Shown here: one piece after another, positions 1-9,407 of the stretch
How positions within the stretch are numbered: the stretch's first letter is position 1
How the letters are laid out: each line of letters opens with the position of its first letter
From: a bacterium
GTDB taxonomy: Bacteria; SZUA-182; DTGQ01; JAFGSM01
Length of the DNA stretch: 55,251 nucleotides
Reading direction: 5' to 3'
NCBI GenBank assembly: GCA_049472335.1
Contig: JBLIRO010000033.1
Location: 1-55,251, forward strand
Notes under the pieces: model-generated
Databases searched by the model: none
Seen by the model: only the letters and a program-made list of their open reading frames with translations
Told to the model about the DNA's origin: nothing
Translations under genes and position numbers: made by a program

Positions 1-1
1 T

Positions 2-154
2 ATCTTTGTGGATGATATGTACGGCATTATTGATGTTGCTGAATGTATGCTTCTACTCAATGTGAAGGTTAAAGATTTTGAGACTATGGAGGCCAGCAGA
101 AAAGAAATTCTTGAAAGATGGAATCTGCTTGATTTAACTCCTCATAGTTTATAA
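2..154 (+). CDS. 3' end of an unidentified CDS running in from the left edge (partial)
   Basis: Frame from nt 2 is open (IFVDDMYGIIDVAECMLLLNVKVKDFETMEASRKEILERWNLLDLTPHSL) to TAA at 152-154. No family recognised. Confidence 0.55.
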   Translation: MFVDDMYGIIDVAECMLLLNVKVKDFETMEASRKEILERWNLLDLTPHSL

Positions 155-355
155 TTCCTTCAAGGGGATAATCTAAATCCGGATTGGCCCCTCATAAAAA
201 TATTTCCTCTCCTATTATCAAGTACTTAAACCGAGTTCCGAAAAATCTTTTATGTCGAACACCACTTGAAAACCCTTGTTGCACAAGTGTTTTCAGGGAG
301 GGCAAGTTCCATTTTTTGCCTTATATCGAAAACCCAGTAGTTACTAATATTTCTG

Positions 356-384
356 TTGACATAATTGTAATGTCCCACTATACT
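356..384 (+). promoter_or_regulatory. sigma70-type promoter for the ssp-like operon
   Basis: TTGACA (356-361), 17-bp spacer, TATACT (379-384), about 165 bp upstream of the ATG at 549. Confidence 0.75.
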
Positions 385-548
385 TTCTTTCGAAAAAGTA
401 GTTTCCTATTAAATGAATTAGAGATATAATCAGGTGTTGTTGGTTGGGCTTTAAGGCAAACAAATGGGGTGCGTTTTTATATGCTAGATTGCCTAATTCT
501 GATGGCGAAGATGAAAACTGAATATCTAGAACTTCAGAAGATCGACAA

Positions 549-1478
549 ATGACAAACTACAAATTTTCAGGACACGAGACCTTTCCTTTACGCTATGCAT
601 GGCTCCCCAAAGCTTACTCTGCGCTGAAAGAGAATCCAAAAGCATTTGATGATGAAGAGAATGCCATGGTAGTCCTGGGTGTTGGAAAAAACATGGTCAG
701 GGCTATCCGTTTTTGGGTTCATGCAACTTATATTGCTCAGTCTGATATTTCCAAGGGCTTGTTAATCACAAATTTTGGAGATGCGATATTTGCAGGAAAC
801 GGTTTCGACCCTTTTCTTGAAGATGTCAGGACTCTATGGCTGATTCATTGGAACCTTTCCACAAATATGGAGAATCCCCTATTTGCATGGGACTATATGC
901 TCAACAGGTGGCAGAATATTGAATTCAGCAGAACTTCTGTACTGAATTCATTTTTCAAGGAATCAAACAGAATTGGAAGAGATTTATCTCGGGTTACGCT
1001 TTTGCAGCATTTTGACGTGTTTCTTCACACCTATTTCCCCACTAAAAGCAAAAAAGGTAACATTCAGGAGGATAACCTGGATAGTCCATTGGTTGAACTA
1101 GAGATGATTCAAAAGATAGGGGAACGAAAAATTGATAATTCAGGAAAAAGGGAAGATGTTTTTTCGTTTCGCAAAGAGGAAAAACCAGAAATCACACCTG
1201 AACAATTTGTTTATTTCATAAATGATTACTGGATAAAGTTTCATCCTAATGAGAAAACGCTAACTTTCCGTGATATAACTTTAGGACATGGGAGCCCCGG
1301 CCAACTTCTCAAATTATCTGAACATGATATTCGACGACGACTTGAGACATTGAACCAAGATTCGAAAGGTATATTTGACTATAGAGAGTCTGCTTCAATC
1401 CAACAAATTACTAAAAAACAGGAATCACATGATAACCTTCTTCAATATATATACGAGCCAGAGGTAGTCAATGCCTGA
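549..1478 (+). CDS. sspB: DUF4007 family protein, SspB-like component of a single-strand DNA phosphorothioation system
   Basis: N-terminal FSGHETFPLRYAWLPK, LGVGKNMVRAIRFW, DPFLED..TLWLIHW and LDSPLVEL motifs are typical of DUF4007. Stop overlaps the start of the following ATPase. Confidence 0.85.
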   Translation: MTNYKFSGHETFPLRYAWLPKAYSALKENPKAFDDEENAMVVLGVGKNMVRAIRFWVHATYIAQSDISKGLLITNFGDAIFAGNGFDPFLEDVRTLWLIHWNLSTNMENPLFAWDYMLNRWQNIEFSRTSVLNSFFKESNRIGRDLSRVTLLQHFDVFLHTYFPTKSKKGNIQEDNLDSPLVELEMIQKIGERKIDNSGKREDVFSFRKEEKPEITPEQFVYFINDYWIKFHPNEKTLTFRDITLGHGSPGQLLKLSEHDIRRRLETLNQDSKGIFDYRESASIQQITKKQESHDNLLQYIYEPEVVNA

Positions 1479-4400
1479 GCATTTAATATCTGAATTATTC
1501 GAAATACGAACTCGATATCTACGTTCAATTCATTTGGAGCGGGATTTCCACAACCAACAAATACTCACGAGTTACATTTTAACTCCACATACGCAATCAG
1601 GTTTAAACCAGATTTTCAATTCTCTCTCACATGATTCTGGGCGTAGAGCTTGGAGAATTACAGGTGATTATGGGGCAGGAAAATCGTCATTTGCGCTTGT
1701 ACTGGCGCATCTTCTCTCCAGTAAAAACAAAAAGCTTCCCAAAAACTTATTGAACGCTATTGAATTCCGTACCATAAGAAGTCCAAAACCAAATTACCTG
1801 CCCATTTTAATAACAGGGTCCCGCTCTCCTATAGACATTACAATACTGAAAGCCCTCTTGCACTCATTAATAGAATCGTGTATAGGGGGCGAATGCCCTA
1901 ACATCATCAACGAAATTCATTCTGCAATTAAAACATATAATGAGATCCCAATTCCGTTAGAAGCCTTCTCTAACCTTATACGCGAAACAAACAACTATCT
2001 TCACTCCACAGGAAAAGCAAATGGTGTTTTAATCATAATAGATGAACTTGGTAAATTTCTGGAATTTGCAGCATTACACCCTGATCGCCAAGATATATAT
2101 TTCCTCCAGACTTTGGCCGAATCTGCTGCACGTAGCAAAGAGAGGCCAATACTGGTTGTTGGACTGTTACACCAAGGTTTTAATGCTTATGCTGATCAAC
2201 TATCTCAACCAGCTCAAAGAGAATGGGAGAAGGTTGCTGGACGTTTCGATGAAATTCTTTTCAATCAACCGTTGGAACAAATTGCTCTTCTAGTTGCGAA
2301 TGCTTTAAATGTTAATACCAAACTCTTATCGTCCGAATTAAAAAAACAGGCAGAAAGAGATATGTCCCGCGTTCTTGACTTGAATTGGTATGGAGCTGGA
2401 GCGTCCAATAATAATCTGATCCAAAATTCTCAGCATTTATTTCCTTTGCATCCTTCAACGCTTCCCGTTCTAGTTCACTTCTTCCGACGATTTGGCCAAA
2501 ATGAACGATCTCTTTTTAATTTTCTTTTATCCAACGAATCATTTTCTTTGGCAGAGTTTTCGAATAATAAAATCACAACGGATCAGTTCTTTAGAATACA
2601 CCATTTCTACGATTATGCCAGAGCAAATTTTGGCTATCGTTTGAGCGTTCAAAGTTATCGTAGCCATTGGAATCAGATCGAGTCAATTGTTGAAAGTTTT
2701 CGTTCAGAGAACGAAATCGAATTGAAGGTCCTCAAGACAATCGCCTTGTTGAACCTGTTAGACTTAAACAATCTTGTCGCTATGGATGGAGCTATTGAGG
2801 TATGTGTTGGAAATATTAGTGAAAAAGTAAAAGCAACTCTTAAAAAACTGAATAAAAGTAAAAATATCCTTTATGATAGAGGAACAGCAGGAGGTTACTG
2901 CCTTTGGCCATATACAAGTGTAAACCTAGATAATGCATATAATGATGCTCTGAAATCTGTCTCAACACCGCAACGGATTACTCCATTTATTAAAGAATAT
3001 CTTGAGACACGTCCACTGGTTGCAAGAAGACATTACATTAAAACCGGCAACTTGAGGCATTTTGAAATAAAATATGTAACAGCAGATGAAGTCCACTACC
3101 ATCTAAGCGTTGAACATAAGAATAGTGATGGCCGGATACTTATCCCTTTGTGTGAAACCGAAGAAGAACGCCATACTGCGATTAAACTCGCCAAAAATGA
3201 AGCTTGCAGGAAATGGCCCAATTTATTAATTGCAGTACCCAAACCCCTTTATAATTTGGTAGGTCTCATAATGGAATGTAAGAGATGGGATTGGATCTCA
3301 AAGAATGTACCACAGCTCAACAATGATTCCTACGCTTTCGAAGAAGTATCAAGACAAATTGAAGCTTCCAGGCAAATATTTCAAACCCAAATTAGCAATT
3401 ATATAGGGCTTAGGTTCTCTACGGCACAGACAAGACTTGAATGGTTCAGACTATCTGAGAGTATTTCAGTTGAGAATGGAAGATGCCTTCTATCATTGCT
3501 TTCTGATATCTCTGATGAAGTATATAACCAGGCTCCTATTGTTCTTAATGAGTTAATAAACAGAAGAGAACCCAGCTCGGCTGCTTCAGGGGCACGGATT
3601 AAATTAATTAAAAAAATGTTTGAATCAACTGCCAAGCCTTATTTGGGAATGCTTCCTGAAAAAAAACCGCCTGAGATGTCTCTCTATCTTTCATTCTTAA
3701 AAAAAAGCAACTTACATAGGGAAACTGAAAATGGCTGCGACCTGCTTCTTCCTGATAAAAAAGAAGATCACTGCAACTTCAGACCAGTATTCAAAAAGAT
3801 ATCAGATCTCATTAAGAATGAAAAAAACCCTAAGATAAACCTCTCCGAAGTATACAGTGAATTAATCCGTCCACCATTTGGTATTCGTGAAGGTCTCCTG
3901 CCTCTTTTTATCGCGGCTTTTTCGATTATGCATGATAGTGAGACTGCCTTCTATGAAAACGATGTATTTATGAAGGAAATCACTGGAGAAGATTTCCGAA
4001 GATTAATCAAGACTCCAGAATCGTTCGACATTCAGTACTGCAACATTAGCGGGATTCGAAGAATAATTTTTGAACAACTTTTGGATGTTTTACAGATTAC
4101 TCCATCAAAACCTGAAAAAAGCGATATTATTGATTTCGTAAGACCTTTAATGTTATTCGCCTCACGATTGCCAGAGTTTACTCTGTCAACAAAACGGCTC
4201 TCAGACAAAACGCTTTCCGTCAAAGAAATTCTGTTGAAGGCAAAAGAACCCGTACATTTAATTTTCAGAGACTTACCTTTAGCTTTTGGTATCAGGCCAT
4301 TCAATTCCTCAAAGGATGCAGAGAAAAAAGAAATTCAAACATATGTAAATCTTTTAAAAGAGTCGATCAATGAACTAAAATCCGCATATCCCAAACTTCT

Positions 4401-4914
4401 GCAAAGCATAAAAGATGAAATACGCATATTGTTCGAACTTCCTGACTTTAACGATTTCAGCAAATCAAGATCTCATTTAGCGAAAATTGCTGAAACAATC
4501 ATTCTTTCAATAAACGAACTCAAACTAAAATCTTTATGTTTAAGACTCATGGATGACAACTTGTCCGAATCACAGTGGTTAGAATCCGTTGCCAGTGTTA
4601 TTCGATCAAAACCGCCTTCTAAATGGTCAGACTCAGATTTCAATCAATTCAGTGATGAACTATCTGTTTTAGTAAAAAGGTTCAAGAACGTTGAATCAAT
4701 GGTCTTTGATGATTCTGTCTCGCAAGACAAGAATGCAATTCGCATAGCAATCACCCAGAAGGATGGAAACGAAGTCCACAAAGTGTTTCACTTTGACAAA
4801 AAAGAAGAAAAACTCATCTTTGAACTCGAAAAAAAAATTAAGCAGATCCTCAAAGAGAACAAACGTATTGGTGCAGTGGCTGTCTCACTGGCAATTTTGA
4901 GAGAATTATCCTAA
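1471..4914 (+). CDS. sspC: Large P-loop ATPase, SspC-like
   Basis: RYLRSIHLERD N-terminus, Walker A GDYGAGKS, Walker B LIIIDELGK, FPLHP, QNERSLF, NELINR, PPFGIREG. 1147 aa, directly after DUF4007 and in an operon with a PAPS reductase. Confidence 0.8.
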   Translation: MPEHLISELFEIRTRYLRSIHLERDFHNQQILTSYILTPHTQSGLNQIFNSLSHDSGRRAWRITGDYGAGKSSFALVLAHLLSSKNKKLPKNLLNAIEFRTIRSPKPNYLPILITGSRSPIDITILKALLHSLIESCIGGECPNIINEIHSAIKTYNEIPIPLEAFSNLIRETNNYLHSTGKANGVLIIIDELGKFLEFAALHPDRQDIYFLQTLAESAARSKERPILVVGLLHQGFNAYADQLSQPAQREWEKVAGRFDEILFNQPLEQIALLVANALNVNTKLLSSELKKQAERDMSRVLDLNWYGAGASNNNLIQNSQHLFPLHPSTLPVLVHFFRRFGQNERSLFNFLLSNESFSLAEFSNNKITTDQFFRIHHFYDYARANFGYRLSVQSYRSHWNQIESIVESFRSENEIELKVLKTIALLNLLDLNNLVAMDGAIEVCVGNISEKVKATLKKLNKSKNILYDRGTAGGYCLWPYTSVNLDNAYNDALKSVSTPQRITPFIKEYLETRPLVARRHYIKTGNLRHFEIKYVTADEVHYHLSVEHKNSDGRILIPLCETEEERHTAIKLAKNEACRKWPNLLIAVPKPLYNLVGLIMECKRWDWISKNVPQLNNDSYAFEEVSRQIEASRQIFQTQISNYIGLRFSTAQTRLEWFRLSESISVENGRCLLSLLSDISDEVYNQAPIVLNELINRREPSSAASGARIKLIKKMFESTAKPYLGMLPEKKPPEMSLYLSFLKKSNLHRETENGCDLLLPDKKEDHCNFRPVFKKISDLIKNEKNPKINLSEVYSELIRPPFGIREGLLPLFIAAFSIMHDSETAFYENDVFMKEITGEDFRRLIKTPESFDIQYCNISGIRRIIFEQLLDVLQITPSKPEKSDIIDFVRPLMLFASRLPEFTLSTKRLSDKTLSVKEILLKAKEPVHLIFRDLPLAFGIRPFNSSKDAEKKEIQTYVNLLKESINELKSAYPKLLQSIKDEIRILFELPDFNDFSKSRSHLAKIAETIILSINELKLKSLCLRLMDDNLSESQWLESVASVIRSKPPSKWSDSDFNQFSDELSVLVKRFKNVESMVFDDSVSQDKNAIRIAITQKDGNEVHKVFHFDKKEEKLIFELEKKIKQILKENKRIGAVAVSLAILRELS

Positions 4915-4959
4915 TATCAGATATTAATAAAAACAGTTTTTGAACGGGACAACCTGAAG

Positions 4960-7425
4960 ATGGCAAATATTATTAGAGAAAGAAAGGGATTCAGAGTTTC
5001 TGCAAGGACAGTTCTTCAACTTGGGGCGGAACTGATCGGCTCTGATGCCATTGCTTTCTATGAACTAATTAAAAATGCTTTTGATGCTTATTGGGATGAA
5101 GATGGTAATCGCATAGGAGAACCTTCAGTTAAAATTGATGTGATAAACCGGATGGATTTTGATGACTATAAGGAATTAAGAGAGAAGATTAGCTATATAA
5201 AAGGTGATGAAATTCGTATAAACCTTCGGGAATGGAAGGAGAATATTCTTTCAAAAATAATAGATGTTGCTGACGAATCAAAGAAGGACCTCCGTGATAA
5301 AACAAAGAAACTAAAAAAAGACATTGGCTCGGCTGATTCGCTATCAAAACTCATAGATTGTCTTGATAAGGCAAACTACATAGAAATATCCGATACAGGT
5401 GTTGGTATGTCTTTAATCGATCTTGATGAGATTTACCTCACTATTGGCACCAGCCATAGGTATAAACAGAGAGAAGAGCAGAAAAAAATATTAAAGAATT
5501 CAGATAATCAAGTTATTGAATCCATTTTAGGAGAAAAAGGAATAGGTCGTCTTTCAACAATGCGACTCGGTATGCGTTTGATGGTCGAGACTACAAAAAA
5601 AGGTGAGGAAAGGTGGCATCGCCTTGACATCGATTGGTCAAGATTTAGTGAAAATATTGATCAATTAATAGATGACATTGAGATTGAACCGGAAGAATGG
5701 CTTGAAAAAAATGATCTATCTGAATCTGGAACAAAAATATTCATCTATAGATTGAATTCTGCCTGGTCAAAAGAAAAAGTCGAAAAGATATCGAAAGAAG
5801 AATTATCAAAATTGGTTGATCCTTTTATTTCGATAAAATCCAGGAAGCATTTTCCAATAGATCTTTTTTACAATGGCGACAGAATATCGTTCCAACAGAT
5901 GCAAAGAATCCTTCTTGAAAATGCCCATGCCTACGTCAAAGCCAGTTTTAATATTGGTGACAATGAAGAACCGGTTTTATCCGGACTTGTGGATTATCGT
6001 TCAAGAAATAGAAGATACTCATTTGAGCAAAAGGGGGCTCATTTGAGAAATTTTACTGGCAATTTTTCTGATTCGGTTCTAAAATCCCTTGGTCCATTCA
6101 GTATGGAATTTTATTGGTATAACCGCCAGAAACTAGATCCTATAGACGGTATCGGAAAGATAACCCAAGTTAAAAAGTTAATAGAGGCTTGGTCTGGCGG
6201 ACTTATGCTATTTAGAGATGGTTTTCGTGTTTATCCATATGGAAGTCAAAATGATGATTGGCTGGACATTGACAGATGGGCATTCAAGACGGGAGGTTAT
6301 AAAGCAAATCGACAGCAAATCATTGGGAAGGTAAATATTTCGTCTATCACAAATCCCCATCTAGTGGATCAAACAAATCGTGAAGGCATTAGGGATTGTG
6401 AAGAGAAAGAAGTCTTGAAGTCAATGCTTCAACACATAATTCTCATCGAGTTTAAAAAATTTGCCGAGAAAGTTGATACTGAATTAAAAAAACCGGATAA
6501 AAAGGACTTTGAAGCATTCGTTAAGGCCACAGAGGATAAGGCTAAGGAACTCGATAAAAATATCGAAAAACTTTTAGGAAAATATCCGGAAATAAAAAAG
6601 GATGAAGAGTCTATAAAAACCATTTATCAGATAATAAAAGAAATCAACCAACAAATGTCGAATACAAGATTGGTTGCTGAAAATTTTGAGGATGAAAGAA
6701 CAAAAATTCTCCATCTCGCTGGTCTTGGCTTGATGGTTGAAATCGTTGCTCATGAATTGAATCGAACAACCGAATATACATTATCTGTTATTCAAAAAAA
6801 GAGTGATCGATTTTTTGAGGAAACCGGTAATATCGAGCATCTGCTAAGCATACTTCAAGTACAATTAAAGACTTTACAAAAGCGATTGAAAATTCTTGAT
6901 CCATTGAGTACTGCTGGAAGACAGGTAAAAGAAGAATTTGATCTTGTGGAATTAACTTTGGATACATTGAGTACGCATGAGGCTCAGTTTGAAAGACATG
7001 ATATAAAGCTGGTCATTGATATAATACCCGAAAAAAAATCGATGATGAAGGTTAAAATGGTAAAAGGTATGGTTGTCCAGATCATTGAAAATTTGATGCA
7101 TAATTCAATCTATTGGCTAAAAAGTGAAAAAATTCACAACAAAGAGTTTAAGCCATTAATTACACTAACGATTGACACAAAAGATAAGAAGCTTTTTGTA
7201 AGTGACAATGGCCCAGGAGTTGATCCTGCAATTAAGGATATGATCTTCGAACCCTTCTATTCAACTAAACCAGCAAAGGAAAAGAAAGGACTTGGCTTAT
7301 ACATATCCCGAGAAATTGCTGCTTATCATAGCGTTGCTCTATACCTTTCTGATGAACCTACTGTTCATGAGAAGAATCTAAATACTTTTATACTTGATCT
7401 CAAAGGGGAACATAGTTTAGAATGA
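4960..7425 (+). CDS. GHKL (HSP90/MORC-like) ATPase fused to a C-terminal histidine kinase
   Basis: N-terminal GHKL boxes ELIKNAFDA, DTGVGM, GEKGIGR, SGTKI. C-terminal kinase has H-box VAHELNR, N-box ENLMHNS, G1 DNGPG, F-box FEPFYSTK and G2 GLGLYIS. No transmembrane segment. Confidence 0.9.
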   Translation: MANIIRERKGFRVSARTVLQLGAELIGSDAIAFYELIKNAFDAYWDEDGNRIGEPSVKIDVINRMDFDDYKELREKISYIKGDEIRINLREWKENILSKIIDVADESKKDLRDKTKKLKKDIGSADSLSKLIDCLDKANYIEISDTGVGMSLIDLDEIYLTIGTSHRYKQREEQKKILKNSDNQVIESILGEKGIGRLSTMRLGMRLMVETTKKGEERWHRLDIDWSRFSENIDQLIDDIEIEPEEWLEKNDLSESGTKIFIYRLNSAWSKEKVEKISKEELSKLVDPFISIKSRKHFPIDLFYNGDRISFQQMQRILLENAHAYVKASFNIGDNEEPVLSGLVDYRSRNRRYSFEQKGAHLRNFTGNFSDSVLKSLGPFSMEFYWYNRQKLDPIDGIGKITQVKKLIEAWSGGLMLFRDGFRVYPYGSQNDDWLDIDRWAFKTGGYKANRQQIIGKVNISSITNPHLVDQTNREGIRDCEEKEVLKSMLQHIILIEFKKFAEKVDTELKKPDKKDFEAFVKATEDKAKELDKNIEKLLGKYPEIKKDEESIKTIYQIIKEINQQMSNTRLVAENFEDERTKILHLAGLGLMVEIVAHELNRTTEYTLSVIQKKSDRFFEETGNIEHLLSILQVQLKTLQKRLKILDPLSTAGRQVKEEFDLVELTLDTLSTHEAQFERHDIKLVIDIIPEKKSMMKVKMVKGMVVQIIENLMHNSIYWLKSEKIHNKEFKPLITLTIDTKDKKLFVSDNGPGVDPAIKDMIFEPFYSTKPAKEKKGLGLYISREIAAYHSVALYLSDEPTVHEKNLNTFILDLKGEHSLE

Positions 7426-9386
7426 ACGCCGAGACAATAATTGCAAAGTTAGATGATTTTAATATAAAACAAGTAGCCATTATCGATGATGCATTTGATC
7501 CCCCCACATTGGATGATTTTTTAATAGAAGACATAGAAAATTTTTTTAACGATATTTCACCTGATAAAGATGCAAAAAAGCAATTAAAAGCTATTTGTGG
7601 CAAAGATATCAACTCACCTGAAGATATTAATAATGAAGATTTATCTTTAATTGTCAAAAAATTGGACACTGCAGCCAATCTAAAGGTCCACTTTGAAAAT
7701 CATCTTTCTGTTAAGATTAAAGAAAAAAAACTTCATCTGGACGATATAAAACAAAATCTTTGTTCAACTCTGAAACTCTCAGTTGAGTGTTATGGATCAA
7801 AGGTTAAACCTAAAGAACTCAAAGAACAAGTGGTTTTTCTTGATTACTTCTTTGGACCTGGACAGGATACTGATAGGGCAAAGGAAAAAGCTGCCGAGAT
7901 TGTAAAAATAATAAAAGATACCAGAGGTGAAGATCTCCCAATAATAGTACTTATGTCTTCAAAAGAAACAAATGACGTAGAAATTGAAGAATTCAGAAAA
8001 AAAACCGAATTGCTTCCAGGCATTTTCTATTTTTTCCCAAAGCAAGATATTTCCAAAATTGAAAATTTGATATTAAAGTTACTTCCTTTATCTGCTGGAT
8101 GGTCCGGTAGCAAAAAAATACAATGCTTTATCGATTCAATTCATAAGAGTATAGAGGATGCTAAAAATGAATTTCTTGATTGTATAAAAGGACTTGCAAT
8201 AGAGGACTATGCATATATTCAAAAATTGAGCCTGCAAGAAGATGGTCATCCTCTTGGAGATTACATTTTACGGCTATATAGTTCCTACTTTGGCAGATTG
8301 CTTCTGGATGATCCAGACGTTTGTAAGCACCAAAAAATCCTTGATGCTTTGAAATTTGAGATCTTGCCTCCTAGTCATGGATTTCCATCCCAGAAAATGA
8401 AAAAAATATGCAACGCTGCACAATTTGATAAAACTGATAAGGATTTGAGATATAATCGTGGACCTAATGGTAATAGTGATAAAGATAATGGGCTTCCACT
8501 CCTGAATATAGGAGACATTTTTTATAAAGATAAAAAAAGTGATGTTTATATTATTATGAATGCCCAATGTGATTTAGCATTTACTCCAGATTATGAAAAG
8601 CGAAAATTTGATCAAGATAAATCAATACTGATTTTACCTGGGAAATTGCAGAATTTTGATGATTATCTTGGAAATGAGTCTGAAGGCAAGCCCCGAACTG
8701 ACTTTTTCATAACAGATGACGGTAGTTGTTTCAGAATAATATGGGCAATAAAGAAATGGCTTACGAAACCATACGGTGAAATTGAAAAATGGCTATCTGA
8801 TGAAGGATATGAAAGAGTATCAAGATTAAAACTTCCATATGCACTCCAAATCCAACAGTTGTTTGCTTCAGATTTAACAAGAGTTGGTCTCCCTGTTTCT
8901 CCACCTATTTCTCAACCAGCCAGAATTCAGCTATGCACAGTGAGTAAAGATGGGAAGGTGGATAGTTTGATAGATACTAAAAAAAATGTGATGCTTTTCA
9001 TAAAAGGGAACGGTCAAAGGCAATGTGTACTTTTAGACAATTTAATCTTAGAAATAAAAAATAAAATCGACACATCAATAGGGAATTGGGAACATCAAAA
9101 ATCAAAGGCTGAACAGAAATTTGAAAAAGCTAATGGTGATTCTTCAAAACAAGAGAAGGCTGATAAAAAGATTAATAAGTGCAAAGATGCAATAGAAAAA
9201 TTGAATAATTTTAAAAATAGCTATGATGCTTTTTTATTAAGAGAACCATTTCTAATACCAGCAAAGGATGGCAAGGAGGAAAAAATCTCTAATCTTCCGA
9301 TTGGGATTGTTAAGAATGCAAATACAAGTGCTTCTGCTTCTTATGGATTTGTTCAACCTCTCATTTTAAATGTTATAATTCCTTGA
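7422..9386 (+). CDS. Large response-receiver-domain protein with unknown C-terminal domains
   Basis: Receiver elements VAIIDD, VVFLDY, IIVLMSS, FFPK, with a long insertion after beta1. C-terminal GDIF...YIIMNAQCDL motif. ATGA overlap with the kinase stop. Confidence 0.75.
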   Translation: MNAETIIAKLDDFNIKQVAIIDDAFDPPTLDDFLIEDIENFFNDISPDKDAKKQLKAICGKDINSPEDINNEDLSLIVKKLDTAANLKVHFENHLSVKIKEKKLHLDDIKQNLCSTLKLSVECYGSKVKPKELKEQVVFLDYFFGPGQDTDRAKEKAAEIVKIIKDTRGEDLPIIVLMSSKETNDVEIEEFRKKTELLPGIFYFFPKQDISKIENLILKLLPLSAGWSGSKKIQCFIDSIHKSIEDAKNEFLDCIKGLAIEDYAYIQKLSLQEDGHPLGDYILRLYSSYFGRLLLDDPDVCKHQKILDALKFEILPPSHGFPSQKMKKICNAAQFDKTDKDLRYNRGPNGNSDKDNGLPLLNIGDIFYKDKKSDVYIIMNAQCDLAFTPDYEKRKFDQDKSILILPGKLQNFDDYLGNESEGKPRTDFFITDDGSCFRIIWAIKKWLTKPYGEIEKWLSDEGYERVSRLKLPYALQIQQLFASDLTRVGLPVSPPISQPARIQLCTVSKDGKVDSLIDTKKNVMLFIKGNGQRQCVLLDNLILEIKNKIDTSIGNWEHQKSKAEQKFEKANGDSSKQEKADKKINKCKDAIEKLNNFKNSYDAFLLREPFLIPAKDGKEEKISNLPIGIVKNANTSASASYGFVQPLILNVIIP

Positions 9387-9407
9387 AATGATTTGAATAT
9401 TGGCACA

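Noticed and set aside
184..429. 81-aa ORF upstream of sspB
   Set aside because: TTG start, no recognisable motif, and it spans the consensus promoter. Probably spurious.
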